This document shows, in pieces, positions 18,800 to 28,439 of a stretch of DNA of 64,000 nucleotides (position 1 is its first letter; every line of letters starts with the position of its first letter). Origin of the DNA: Parcubacteria group bacterium. Lineage in GTDB: Bacteria > Patescibacteriota > Minisyncoccia > Phycocordibacterales > Phycocordibacteraceae. The position numbers and the translations under genes were made by a program. The notes under the pieces were generated by a model, which saw nothing but the letters and a program-made list of their open reading frames with translations, searched no databases and had not been told where the DNA came from. Location of the stretch: contig JAQBRE010000002.1 in the NCBI GenBank assembly GCA_028286605.1, positions 191,720 through 255,719 of the forward strand, read 5' to 3'.

Positions 18800-19362
18800 T
18801 TACCCGTATCCTTCCATTCGCCGCCCTTGCACTCGCTGCCGCTCTTATATTCGGATACATAGTACCTGCCTATAAGAATTCGATCGTCGGTGCACAGGCA
18901 AGTATTAAAAGCTATGAGAATGCGCTCACCGCAGCCAAAGGATTCAATCAGAAAGAAACTGACTTGGCACAGCAGCGCGCAGCAATCTCGTCTGATAACC
19001 TCGCACGCCTCGCATCATTCCTACCGGATGGCGTGAATAATGTGCAGCTCATTCTTGATCTCGATGGTCTTGCGGCACGTTCCGGAATGGTGCTTTCGAA
19101 TTTCAATATCGATACGAGCACCGTAACGAACGGCAGCGGCTCGGGCGACCCTACTGCGATCGCCCTTGAATCCAGCAATCCGGTCGATTCTGTGCAGCTT
19201 ACTGTGGAGACGAATGGCACGTACGCGCAATTCCGTTCATTCCTTGCTGGTATCGAGCAGAGTCTGCGCCCGCTTGATGTGGTGAATCTTACGGTTGCCG
19301 CGGGCAGTTCGAGTACCACCTATAAGTATGATCTGACGATACGTATCTATTGGCTTCATTAG
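18796..19362 (+). CDS. pilO: PilO-like pilus assembly protein
   Basis: N-terminal TM then a periplasmic domain, positioned after pilN and overlapping its stop. Confidence 0.6.
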   Translation: MITRILPFAALALAAALIFGYIVPAYKNSIVGAQASIKSYENALTAAKGFNQKETDLAQQRAAISSDNLARLASFLPDGVNNVQLILDLDGLAARSGMVLSNFNIDTSTVTNGSGSGDPTAIALESSNPVDSVQLTVETNGTYAQFRSFLAGIEQSLRPLDVVNLTVAAGSSSTTYKYDLTIRIYWLH

Positions 19363-19371
19363 TCTTTCTTT

Positions 19372-19683
19372 ATGCACCTCACCAAAAGCAATATCATACT
19401 CGCCGTCGTCGCAGGTCTCACCCTCATCGCGGCAGTCTATTATTATTTCTTCTATAACAAGGACACCGGCTCGGCAGTCGTTGCGACAGCGCCAGCAAGC
19501 GCTGCTGAACTTGATTTCGTGAATCTGACGGGCCAGATCAGTACGATTTCTTTCGACACGCGCATCTTCTCTGATCCGCGCTTCACGCGCCTCGTTGACA
19601 TACATACGGTCGTCGTACCAGAAACGGCCGGCCGCCGTGACCCATTCGCTCCGCTAACCGGCACTGCTACGACCGGAAAGTAA
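19372..19683 (+). CDS. Small membrane-anchored protein, possible PilP-like
   Basis: A 103-aa protein with one TM, positioned between pilO and pilB. Confidence 0.35.
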   Translation: MHLTKSNIILAVVAGLTLIAAVYYYFFYNKDTGSAVVATAPASAAELDFVNLTGQISTISFDTRIFSDPRFTRLVDIHTVVVPETAGRRDPFAPLTGTATTGK

Positions 19684-19698
19684 TAGTGATTCACATGC

Positions 19699-21459
19699 AT
19701 GAACGTACTTACCATTCTTACGGATGCGGGCGTATTGAAGCCGGAAGACGCGAAAGCGATTGAGGCGGAGGCGCTTGCGAAGCAAACGCCGATAGAAACT
19801 CTTCTTGAGAAGCGTGGCATAACCTCGCAGCAGGTGCTCGCTAAGGAAAGCGAAAAGTATGGAATCCCCATGCGCGTGGTGCCAGCCACGGCGCGCGGCA
19901 GGGAAGCGCTCGATCACATTCCGGAAGAATCTGCGCGCCATTACGGCTTCGTTCCGCTGGCCGTTGCCGACGGTGCGCTCGAGGTTGGTATCGTAGACCC
20001 GGATAATATCGAGGCGCTCGATGCATTGCAGTTCATTTCCAGCCGCGTCGGCCTTCCGTATAAGCTTTTTCTGATTAGCAAGAACGATTTCAATAGAGTG
20101 ATCGAAGAATACGGCAGCCTCTCCGACGAAGTCGGCACGGCGCTTTCTGAACTCGAGCCGGCAGCAGAGGGTACCTTAGGCGAAGGCGGCACGATAGAGA
20201 CCGTCATCAAGGAAGATGCGCCAGTGACTAAGATCGTCGCGACGATTCTGCGCTATGCGGTGGAAGGCGGCGCATCCGATATTCACATCGAGCCAGGTAC
20301 CGACAAGACACACGTACGATTCCGTATGGATGGCGACCTGCACACCTCGCTTGAGCTTCCGGTGAAAGTGCACCCGGCGGTCGTCGCGCGTATCAAGATC
20401 CTTTCGCAGATGCGTCTCGATGAGAAGCGAAAACCGCAGGACGGTCGCTTCTCGGCGCAAGTGGAAGGACGCCGTATCGACTTCCGTGTTTCTACCTTCC
20501 CGACACAAGGCGGTGAGAAAGTCGTTATGCGTATTCTGGACCGCGCGAAGTCCGTCGCGACCATGGAAAGCCTCGGCTTTTCGCCGAAAGATTTTGAAAC
20601 TATAAAGCTCGCGCTTGATCGCCCGTACGGCATCATCCTCATTTCCGGTCCGACGGGTTCTGGTAAATCAACGACGCTCTTCGCCATGCTTTCCTCTATC
20701 GATCGCGAAACGCAGAACGTCGTTACGCTCGAGGATCCGGTGGAGTATGAAGTGCCCGGCGTGTCGCAATCGCAGGTGCATCCGGAAATCGGCTACACCT
20801 TCGCATCAGGCCTCCGTTCCATCCTTCGTCAGGACCCTGACGTGATCATGGTGGGAGAGATTCGCGATAAGGAGACGGCGCAGCTCGCTATTCAGGCTGC
20901 GCTTACAGGCCACCTCGTGTTCTCTACGATTCACACCAATACGGCGGCCGGCGTGATTCCGCGCTTGGTAGATATGGGCGTGGATCCATACCTGATCGCA
21001 CCGACGCTTATCGCTGCAGTGGGTCAGCGCCTCGTGCGCAAGCTGTGCCCCGGTGCCGGCGTACCCACGCCGATGAGTCCAAGCATCAAGCTGCTACTTG
21101 AAAAAGAATTCGCAGATCTGCCCGCTGAATTCCATAAGGATCTGCCCGCATTCGATACTTATTATGAAGCGACCACCACGCCAGATTGTCCGAATGGAAC
21201 GCGTGGCCGTCTTGCGGTGTTTGAAATCCTTCAGATGGACAAGGATCTCGAGAGCGTCGTGCTTAAGGATCCTGTGGAAGAGAAAGTGTATGCAGCTGCG
21301 CGCGCGAAAGGCATGATTACCATGCGCGAGGATGCTATCATGAAAGCACTCGCCGGCCTGATTCCGTTCGAGGAAGTGAATACGCTCGGTGGAACCTTGC
21401 TTGCAGATGATGAGCCTGAAGAAGTCGAGTCAGAACCCGTAGCAGAAGTCGTCGCCTAG
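19699..21459 (+). CDS. pilB: Type IV pilus assembly ATPase PilB/GspE
   Basis: Has an N-terminal GSPII_E_N-like region, Walker A GPTGSGKSTT, Asp/His boxes and a tetracysteine-like C-terminal region. Confidence 0.9.
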   Translation: MNVLTILTDAGVLKPEDAKAIEAEALAKQTPIETLLEKRGITSQQVLAKESEKYGIPMRVVPATARGREALDHIPEESARHYGFVPLAVADGALEVGIVDPDNIEALDALQFISSRVGLPYKLFLISKNDFNRVIEEYGSLSDEVGTALSELEPAAEGTLGEGGTIETVIKEDAPVTKIVATILRYAVEGGASDIHIEPGTDKTHVRFRMDGDLHTSLELPVKVHPAVVARIKILSQMRLDEKRKPQDGRFSAQVEGRRIDFRVSTFPTQGGEKVVMRILDRAKSVATMESLGFSPKDFETIKLALDRPYGIILISGPTGSGKSTTLFAMLSSIDRETQNVVTLEDPVEYEVPGVSQSQVHPEIGYTFASGLRSILRQDPDVIMVGEIRDKETAQLAIQAALTGHLVFSTIHTNTAAGVIPRLVDMGVDPYLIAPTLIAAVGQRLVRKLCPGAGVPTPMSPSIKLLLEKEFADLPAEFHKDLPAFDTYYEATTTPDCPNGTRGRLAVFEILQMDKDLESVVLKDPVEEKVYAAARAKGMITMREDAIMKALAGLIPFEEVNTLGGTLLADDEPEEVESEPVAEVVA

Positions 21460-21481
21460 CAAAACCTTTTCATATCTATTT

Positions 21482-21871
21482 ATGTCCGCACTCTATCGCA
21501 TCTATCTCGTTGACGACGACCGCTTCCTGCTCGACATGTATGCAGTGAAATTCAAGGCAGCAGGTCATGAAGTGACTGCATTTCAAGGTGGCACGCTTGT
21601 GCTCGACGCATTGCGTTCAGGCGCTGCGGCACCGGACGCACTGCTTCTTGATATCGTTATGCCAGAGATAGATGGCTTCGGCGTACTTGAGGCAATACGC
21701 AAGGAAAATCTTATCCCGACGACGAAGATCATCGTGCTTTCTAATCAGGGTCAGGAGTCCGATATCGAGCACGCTACGAAGCTTGGCGTCGCGGGCTATA
21801 TTATCAAGGCATCTGCGATACCGTCTGAAGTATTCTCTGAGACGATTCGTATTATAGAAAAGAAAGCATGA
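21482..21871 (+). CDS. Single-domain response regulator (CheY-like receiver)
   Basis: Has YLVDDD, a phospho-acceptor Asp within LLLDIVMP, and a conserved K in the C-terminal region. Confidence 0.8.
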   Translation: MSALYRIYLVDDDRFLLDMYAVKFKAAGHEVTAFQGGTLVLDALRSGAAAPDALLLDIVMPEIDGFGVLEAIRKENLIPTTKIIVLSNQGQESDIEHATKLGVAGYIIKASAIPSEVFSETIRIIEKKA

Positions 21872-22935
21872 GCACAGGTACCGCAAAGAAAATAAGTCCG
21901 CTTCTCGACACAGTGATAAGTGAAGGCGGTTCAGACCTGCACCTTTCTGCAGGCGTGCATCCTATCATCCGTGTCTCCGGCTCGCTCGTTCCGTTGCTGC
22001 AGTATCCGGTGCTCACCCAGGAAGACACGATGGAGATGCTCAAGAGCATGGTGCCTACGGAACGGCTCCCTACATTCGAAAGCAATCAGTCCGTGGACTT
22101 TTCGTATTCGCATAACGAACAGTCACGTTTCCGTGTAAACGGCTACGTAGTGCAAGGAAAGGTTGCGATGGCGATGCGTCTCATTCCGCACGAGACCTTC
22201 ACGTTCGCAAACCTGAATCTCCCGCCAATTTTGGAAGTTTTCACGCAGCGCACACAAGGCTTCTTTCTTATTGTTGGACCAGTGGGGCAGGGAAAGTCTA
22301 CGACGATGGCAGCAATCATCGACCGTATCAACGAAACCCGTGCTGAACACATCCTTACGATTGAAGATCCTGTAGAGTATCTCTTCGAGCAGAAGAAGTC
22401 GCTCATCCATCAGCGTGAAGTGCATGTTGATGCGCCGGATTTCGCAAGCGCACTGCAAGCTGCCTTCCGTGAGGACATGAACGTGATCATGGTGGGCGAG
22501 ATGCGCGATCAGGAAACTATCTCTGCTGCGGTTACTGCTGCTGAAACCGGTCACCTTGTTCTTTCGACGCTGCACACCAATAATGCCGCGCAGACCATCG
22601 ACCGTATCATCGACATGTTCCCTTCGACACAGCAGGATCAGGTGCGCGTGCAGCTTGCCGGCTCGCTTGCGGGTATCTTCTCGCAGCGTCTCGTGCCGCG
22701 TATCCAGGGCGGTTTGATTCCTGCGTACGAGCTGCTCATCAACAACAACGCCGTCGCGAATCTTATCCGCGAAGGACGTACGCATGAAATCACGACCGTC
22801 GTGCAGACTAGCTCGCAGGAAGGAATGGTTGATCTTGACCGCTCGCTCGCCGAGCTCGTTCGTCGCGGGGAAGTGACTATAGAACACGCGTATGAACGTT
22901 CACTCGACCCTAAGACCTTCGAACGCTACCTCTAA
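21868..22935 (+). CDS. pilT: Twitching-motility (retraction) ATPase PilT
   Basis: Has Walker A GPVGQGKSTT and MVGEMRD...HLVLSTLHTN. Confidence 0.9.
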   Translation: MSTGTAKKISPLLDTVISEGGSDLHLSAGVHPIIRVSGSLVPLLQYPVLTQEDTMEMLKSMVPTERLPTFESNQSVDFSYSHNEQSRFRVNGYVVQGKVAMAMRLIPHETFTFANLNLPPILEVFTQRTQGFFLIVGPVGQGKSTTMAAIIDRINETRAEHILTIEDPVEYLFEQKKSLIHQREVHVDAPDFASALQAAFREDMNVIMVGEMRDQETISAAVTAAETGHLVLSTLHTNNAAQTIDRIIDMFPSTQQDQVRVQLAGSLAGIFSQRLVPRIQGGLIPAYELLINNNAVANLIREGRTHEITTVVQTSSQEGMVDLDRSLAELVRRGEVTIEHAYERSLDPKTFERYL

Positions 22936-22938
22936 TCT

Positions 22939-24147
22939 ATGCTTTTTGCTTACCGCGCCCTTGATGCAGACGGACATGAACGCTCAGGAAGCGTGGAGGC
23001 TCTTTCGCAGGATGTCGCCGTTGCGACGCTTCAGCGCCGCAACCTGATCGTCTCGTCCATTGAGCCGCTCGTTGCCAATAAAGGACTTACGGCGAATCTC
23101 GACCTTTTCAAGCATGTTTCTAACAAAGAGATCGTTATCCTTTCACGTCAGATAGCAACGCTCTTCGAGGCACAGGTTTCTGCGCTTCGCATTTTCCGCC
23201 TGCTCGCTTCAGAAGTCGATAACAAGTATCTCGGAGAAATCATGGGACAGGTCGCGGACGACCTGCAGGGCGGAAGTCCTATTTCAAAGGCGCTTGCGCG
23301 CCACCCGAAGGTCTTCACTCCTTTTTATGTAAACATGGTGCGTTCCGGCGAAGAGTCTGGAAAGCTCTCAGAGACCTTCGGCTATCTGGCTGACTATCTC
23401 GACCGCACCTATGAAGTAATGAGCAAGGCGCAGAATGCGCTCATCTATCCGGCGTTCGTTATCGGCGTGTTCTTCGTCGTGATGGCACTGATGATGACGG
23501 TCGTGATTCCGAAGATCAGTGTGATCCTTCTGGATTCCGGAGAAGCGATACCGATGTACACACAGGTGGTGATTTGGATATCGCAATTCCTTGTGAAATT
23601 CGGCTTTCTTATCATCATCGCTATGATCGTAGGAGCATTCGTTGCGTATCGCATGATGCAGACTGAGCAGGGGAAGCTTTTCTTCGACAGCTTCAAGCTT
23701 GATATCCCCTATGTAGGCGATCTCTATTCGAAGCTTTATCTTTCACGCATCGCGGATAACTTCGCAACGATGCTCGTTTCCGGCGTGCCACCGGTCGAAG
23801 CTGTTGAAATAACGGCATCGGTGGTGGGGAGCAAGACATTCGAGGACTTGCTGCGCGAAGCAGCCGAAGAAGTGAAGGGCGGCGTCCCTATTTCAGACGC
23901 ACTTGGCAAGCATCCGGAAATTCCTGGCATCATGGTTGCCATGATCCGTGTGGGTGAAGAGACCGGAGAGCTCGGTAATATCCTCAATACGCTCGGCAAG
24001 TTCTATCGTCGTGAAGTATCGAACTCAGTCGACACGCTGGTCGGTCTTATCGAGCCTCTCATGATCGTCTTTCTCGGACTTGGTGTCGGTACGTTGCTCG
24101 CATCGGTTATGATTCCGATCTACAACCTCGCTGGCGCGATCAACTAG
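22939..24147 (+). CDS. pilC: Type IV pilus platform protein PilC (GspF family)
   Basis: Contains two T2SSF repeats and three TM helices. Confidence 0.9.
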   Translation: MLFAYRALDADGHERSGSVEALSQDVAVATLQRRNLIVSSIEPLVANKGLTANLDLFKHVSNKEIVILSRQIATLFEAQVSALRIFRLLASEVDNKYLGEIMGQVADDLQGGSPISKALARHPKVFTPFYVNMVRSGEESGKLSETFGYLADYLDRTYEVMSKAQNALIYPAFVIGVFFVVMALMMTVVIPKISVILLDSGEAIPMYTQVVIWISQFLVKFGFLIIIAMIVGAFVAYRMMQTEQGKLFFDSFKLDIPYVGDLYSKLYLSRIADNFATMLVSGVPPVEAVEITASVVGSKTFEDLLREAAEEVKGGVPISDALGKHPEIPGIMVAMIRVGEETGELGNILNTLGKFYRREVSNSVDTLVGLIEPLMIVFLGLGVGTLLASVMIPIYNLAGAIN

Positions 24148-24259
24148 CCCGCACGTTTTATATTCTTATCCACAGAGTAAACCGTTCGTGCGTAATCTTC
24201 ACGTACAATACATGTAGCGGAACATTACTCGTAACCCGCATTACCTTACTTAAAAAAAT

Positions 24260-24760
24260 ATGACATCTGTATCTTCTGCGGCGCGACGTGGTTTCACTCT
24301 CATCGAGCTCCTCGTCGTTATCGCTATCATCGGCATTCTCTCCTCCGTCGTGCTCGCCTCTTTGAATACGGCACGTAACAAGGGAGCGGACGCGGCAGTC
24401 AAGTCGAACCTTGAGCAGGCTCGTACTCAGGGCGAACTCTTCTACGACGCGAACAGCAACAATTACCTCCAAGGTGCGGCAGGATCAGGCAATACTGCTG
24501 ATGCGTGTTCTCCTGCAGGTTCCATTGGAACTTTGACTGGTGTATACAAGTCGGTTCTTGCAGCAGCTCAGGCGGTCGGCATTAGCACCGTGAGCGAAAA
24601 TACGCTTGGTGCTGCTGGTGTTGCAAACTGCAATATCATCACAACAGCATGGGCAGCTTCAGTGCCGCTTAAGTCAACGACTGGTTACTTCTGTGTAGAC
24701 AGCACTGGTGTCGCAACCACAACAGCAACGGCACTCGCTGCCGGACTACAGCACTGTTAA
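24260..24760 (+). CDS. pilA: Type IV major pilin (prepilin), paralog 1
   Basis: Leader MTSVSSAARRG then a cleavage site before FTLIELLVVIAIIGILSSVVLASL. Four Cys in the C-terminal region would give two disulfides. Confidence 0.85.
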   Translation: MTSVSSAARRGFTLIELLVVIAIIGILSSVVLASLNTARNKGADAAVKSNLEQARTQGELFYDANSNNYLQGAAGSGNTADACSPAGSIGTLTGVYKSVLAAAQAVGISTVSENTLGAAGVANCNIITTAWAASVPLKSTTGYFCVDSTGVATTTATALAAGLQHC

Positions 24761-24782
24761 TCCAGCGTTCTTGTGTGCAACA

Positions 24783-24805
24783 AAAGGCCCCTTCGGGGCC
24801 TTTTG
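24783..24805 (+). terminator. Strong rho-independent terminator after pilin paralog 1
   Basis: Perfect hairpin AAAAGGCCCCTTCGGGGCCTTTTGTATTT. Confidence 0.8.
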
Positions 24806-24872
24806 TATTTCTATCTTGGACTTGTCCTTGGACGAAAATATTTAAACCGAAATGTCCCGTATACTGAATGGA

Positions 24873-25358
24873 ATGAGCTTTCCCCGGCGCGGCTTCACGC
24901 TCATAGAGCTCCTCGTTGTTGTTGCTATCATTGGTGTTCTTTCTTCTGTCGTTCTTGCGTCGCTCACTACGGCGCGTAACAAGGGAGTGGACGCGGCAGT
25001 CAAGTCAAACCTCGAACAGGCTCGCACACAGGGCGAACTCTTCTATAGCGCGAATAACAATTCGTATGACGGCGGCACCGCACCAACCAGCGTTTGTAAC
25101 CCGCTCGCTTCAGCTGGCGGCCTTATTGGCGCCAACAGATCAATTCTTGCCGCAGCGCAGGCAATCGGTCAGAATACCGTTACTCTTCTTGGTACAGGCG
25201 CCACGTCGGTATGCAATAGCAATGCCGGCGCATGGGTGGCACAGGTGCCGCTCAAGTCTGTGGCTGGTTTTTTCTGTATCGATAGTACTGGTGTAGCAAC
25301 AACTACACTCCTTGCTTCTCCGGGCCTTGTTAGCGGGGCTGGCGATTTCGCTTGCTAA
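24873..25358 (+). CDS. Type IV major pilin paralog 2 (ORF opens at 24852; likely start MSFPRRG)
   Basis: Reads RRGFTLIELLVVVAIIGVLSSVVLASLTTARNKGVDAAVKSNLEQARTQGELFY, nearly identical to paralog 1 over the N-terminal ~55 aa. Confidence 0.8.
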   Translation: MSFPRRGFTLIELLVVVAIIGVLSSVVLASLTTARNKGVDAAVKSNLEQARTQGELFYSANNNSYDGGTAPTSVCNPLASAGGLIGANRSILAAAQAIGQNTVTLLGTGATSVCNSNAGAWVAQVPLKSVAGFFCIDSTGVATTTLLASPGLVSGAGDFAC

Positions 25359-25406
25359 TCCACACTGCGTACGATAGTGAAGGAAGTATCACGTATAATA
25401 AAAACA

Positions 25407-25931
25407 ATGCGTTCTCCTCGCCTCGGCTTCACTCTCATCGAGCTCCTCGTCGTTATCGCTATCATCGGCATTCTCTCGAGCATCGTGCTTTCATCGCTTA
25501 ATACAGCGCGCAATAAAGGTAATGATGCAGCGATTAAATCGAATCTTGATCAGGCGCGCACGGGAGCGGAATTATTTTATGATTCAAATAACAATCACTA
25601 TGTGACGGCGGCTGGAGCAGCGACGGATGTGTGCTCTTCAACTGGCACGGCAGGTGGAATAAACAGCATATACAAATCAGTACTTGCTGCTGCACAGGCA
25701 GCTGGTTTGAGTAGCGTGGACACGACCCTTCTAGTCTTATCACCAATTGGTAACGCCGTATGTCACTCATGCTATCCAGGTGAAGCGGGTTCGGATTGCG
25801 GAACAGCCGATCGTTGGGCTGCTCAGGTACCACTAAAGTCCGCCCCCGGAGTTGTGTGGTGCGAGGATTCATCTGGATCGGTAGGTACCAGTACTAATAC
25901 GCTCGCGAGCGGCGATACGCATTGCAACTAA
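25407..25931 (+). CDS. Type IV major pilin paralog 3 (ORF opens at 25377; likely start MRSPRLG)
   Basis: Reads RLGFTLIELLVVIAIIGILSSIVLSSLNTARNKGNDAAIKSNLDQARTGAELFY. Confidence 0.8.
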   Translation: MRSPRLGFTLIELLVVIAIIGILSSIVLSSLNTARNKGNDAAIKSNLDQARTGAELFYDSNNNHYVTAAGAATDVCSSTGTAGGINSIYKSVLAAAQAAGLSSVDTTLLVLSPIGNAVCHSCYPGEAGSDCGTADRWAAQVPLKSAPGVVWCEDSSGSVGTSTNTLASGDTHCN

Positions 25932-25934
25932 TTC

Positions 25935-26696
25935 GTGATTGAGTCCTGGTTCATTCTGGCTGCTTTCTTTATACTCGGCGCATTGTGCGCGAGCTTTACC
26001 GGCGTGGTTGCAGAGCGATTGCATACAGGGCAGTCATGGGTGAGCGGACGCTCGCGCTGTAATTCCTGCAGTGCATATCTGGATGGGCGCGATTTAATTC
26101 CGATACTTTCCTGGTTGCTGTGGACGGGGAAGTGTCGACAATGTCGCGCCCGGGTACCGGGCGCATACGCGCTTTCGGAGCTTTCGCTCGCTATTGCGTT
26201 TGCTGCGGCATATCATCTGTTCGGCTTTTCTTTGGTTCTCCCGTTCTTCCTTGTGGCACTTATCGTCCTTCTTTTCATAGTCCTGTACGACTTACGTCAT
26301 ATGATCGTGCCGACCGGAAGCTCGACGTTGCTACTGGTGCTTTCGGTGATCGTTGCGGTGCTCAGAGCGCCTGCCCTGCAGGCGCTCGGCCTCGTATTCC
26401 TGGTCGCCGGCGCCATCGCGATCTTCTTCTTCCTACTGCATGTATGCTCGCGCGGCCGTGCCATGGGATTGGGTGATGCGCCCGTAGCTCTCGCCCTATC
26501 GCTGCTGGTAGGCACGCAGGCGATCGCTGGACTCATGTTTTCATTCTGGGTGGGGGCGTTGTACGGCATCGTCGTATTGAGTACACGGCGCGGAGGGCCT
26601 AGAATGGGTATTGAGGTACCGTTCGTGCCATTCTTGGCTATCGGCTTTCTCCTCGCCCTTTTTACTGCATGGAACCCATTCGCACTCGTCCTCTGA
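25935..26696 (+). CDS. pilD: Prepilin peptidase PilD (A24 family)
   Basis: Has an N-terminal Cys tetrad (CNSC...CRQC), polytopic membrane topology, and catalytic Asp contexts LYDLRH and GLGDAPV. Confidence 0.85.
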   Translation: MIESWFILAAFFILGALCASFTGVVAERLHTGQSWVSGRSRCNSCSAYLDGRDLIPILSWLLWTGKCRQCRARVPGAYALSELSLAIAFAAAYHLFGFSLVLPFFLVALIVLLFIVLYDLRHMIVPTGSSTLLLVLSVIVAVLRAPALQALGLVFLVAGAIAIFFFLLHVCSRGRAMGLGDAPVALALSLLVGTQAIAGLMFSFWVGALYGIVVLSTRRGGPRMGIEVPFVPFLAIGFLLALFTAWNPFALVL

Positions 26697-27349
26697 TAGC
26701 GCGCAGGCTAGACGCTTCGCGCGGCTTCACATTGATCGAGATGCTCGTTACGCTTTCGATACTCGCTATCATTACTGCAGTGGCTGTTACTGGGCAATCC
26801 ACCTTCAATCATTCGATCCTGCTGAATGATACGAGCTATACGATCGCGCTCTCTGCACGCGAAGCGCAATCGCTCGGCCTCTCGAGCCGTAAATTCGCAA
26901 ACGTACAGAACGGCGGGTATGGCGTTGATTTCAAGAGCGCTACGCCTTCAAAATATACTGTCTTCGCTGACATTCAGAGCATCGCCTCAGAACCGGCGTG
27001 GTGTCCGGCCATAGCCACCAGTACTCCGGAAAACAAATCTGGAAACTGCTTATATGACGGGGCGGGGGAGACATTCCAAACGTATGATCTTACGCGCGGG
27101 TATACGATAAGTAATTTCTGCGGAAAGGCGGGAGCAACGCTTACGTGTTCGAGCGGGGGTGGTCTGCAATCTTTGGATGTGCTGTATCTGCGTCCCAATA
27201 CTACAGCAATCATCACAGGCATCACCACGGGGGGTACGGTCCAATTTACTTGCGCACAGATATATGTGAAATCGCCAACAGATACCGCGACGCAGACGGT
27301 GCGAATGTCCTCGCTGGGTGAAGTATCGGTCGGCCAAACTTGTCCATGA
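26669..27349 (+). CDS. Minor pilin / pseudopilin 1
   Basis: Class III signal: SRGFTLIEMLVTLSILAIITAVAV. Confidence 0.65.
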   Translation: MEPIRTRPLIARRLDASRGFTLIEMLVTLSILAIITAVAVTGQSTFNHSILLNDTSYTIALSAREAQSLGLSSRKFANVQNGGYGVDFKSATPSKYTVFADIQSIASEPAWCPAIATSTPENKSGNCLYDGAGETFQTYDLTRGYTISNFCGKAGATLTCSSGGGLQSLDVLYLRPNTTAIITGITTGGTVQFTCAQIYVKSPTDTATQTVRMSSLGEVSVGQTCP

Positions 27350-27912
27350 GTATGCGCACTTCACGCCCCGGCTTCACTCTTATTGAAATGATCGTGTCGG
27401 TCGGCCTTTTTGCGATCGTGATGCTGGTCTCGACAGGCGCATATCTCTCGCTCATAAGTCTGGACCGTAAGGCACGTGCGACGAATGACCTCGTGACGAA
27501 TCTTTCATTCGTCATCGACACGATGGAGCGTAGTATGCGCTCGGGATCTAATTTCCAATCCGGTGGAATCGGAGGCACGAACTCACCGCCTACCGGCGAC
27601 ACTAGCCTTGCCTTCGTTAATGATCAGGGTCAGACGGTTACCTATATTTTTGATGCGACGAATCATTCAATTGGGGAGTGCGTTGGTGCTGTAACCTGTA
27701 CATCATCGAATGATCAGACCCTTACGGACCCGCGTGTCATTATTACGAGCATGAAATTCTATGTACGCGGTGTCGGTACCGCTACACCGAATGATATCGT
27801 CCAGCCATGGGCCACCTTCGTGACAACCGGCTCGATTACGCCAGATTCAACGTCGCAACCGATTACGTTCACGATACAAAGTACTGCCTCTGCACGCGCC
27901 CCTGAACTATGA
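27340..27912 (+). CDS. Minor pilin / pseudopilin 2
   Basis: Class III signal: RPGFTLIEMIVSVGLFAIVML. Confidence 0.7.
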   Translation: MSMSMRTSRPGFTLIEMIVSVGLFAIVMLVSTGAYLSLISLDRKARATNDLVTNLSFVIDTMERSMRSGSNFQSGGIGGTNSPPTGDTSLAFVNDQGQTVTYIFDATNHSIGECVGAVTCTSSNDQTLTDPRVIITSMKFYVRGVGTATPNDIVQPWATFVTTGSITPDSTSQPITFTIQSTASARAPEL

Positions 27913-28439
27913 TAAAACTACGCACAAAGAAGGGATTTACGCTTGTTGAAACGCTGGTAGCGATTTCGATACTCATGGTTAGTATCGTGGGCCCCATGTA
28001 TAGCGTATTTCAGGCTGTACAGACAACGTACATCGCGCGCGACCAGCTTATTGCAACGGCATTGGCACAGGAGGGGATAGAATACGTGCGTCATCATCGC
28101 GATAATAATTCCCTCTACAACCTCAAGAACCCTGGAAGCCCCGTATCATGGATGAATGGGCTCAGTGCATGTACCGGACAGAATTGTATGGTAGATGTTA
28201 TTGCTTCTGATAGCGTTCCGCCGGTTACATGTAGTGGTACGTGTTCGCCCCTCGACAATGCTACTGTTGCTCCCTTTTATTATAACTATATAAGTGGTAC
28301 GCCAAGCCGCTTTACTCGCACGGTCAGAATCAACACGGTAAGCGCAAATGAAGTAGTCGTAACCTCGACGGTGAGCTGGATTAATTCGAAGATTCCATTT
28401 TCTGTTACCGTTACGGAACACTTGTATAATTGGCTATGA
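27909..28439 (+). CDS. Minor pilin / pseudopilin 3
   Basis: Class III signal: KKGFTLVETLVAISILMVSIVGP. Confidence 0.7.
   Translation: MIKLRTKKGFTLVETLVAISILMVSIVGPMYSVFQAVQTTYIARDQLIATALAQEGIEYVRHHRDNNSLYNLKNPGSPVSWMNGLSACTGQNCMVDVIASDSVPPVTCSGTCSPLDNATVAPFYYNYISGTPSRFTRTVRINTVSANEVVVTSTVSWINSKIPFSVTVTEHLYNWL

Noticed and set aside
18663-19605. Minus-strand ORFs antisense to pilN/pilO (for example 18948..19319 and 19237..19605).
   Set aside because: They are nested within the contiguous plus-strand pilus assembly genes and are Arg/Cys-rich, typical of antisense reading of GC-rich coding sequence.
22123-22887. A 254-aa minus-strand ORF antisense to pilT.
   Set aside because: It is fully nested in pilT, which has clear Walker motifs, and has no recognisable domain.
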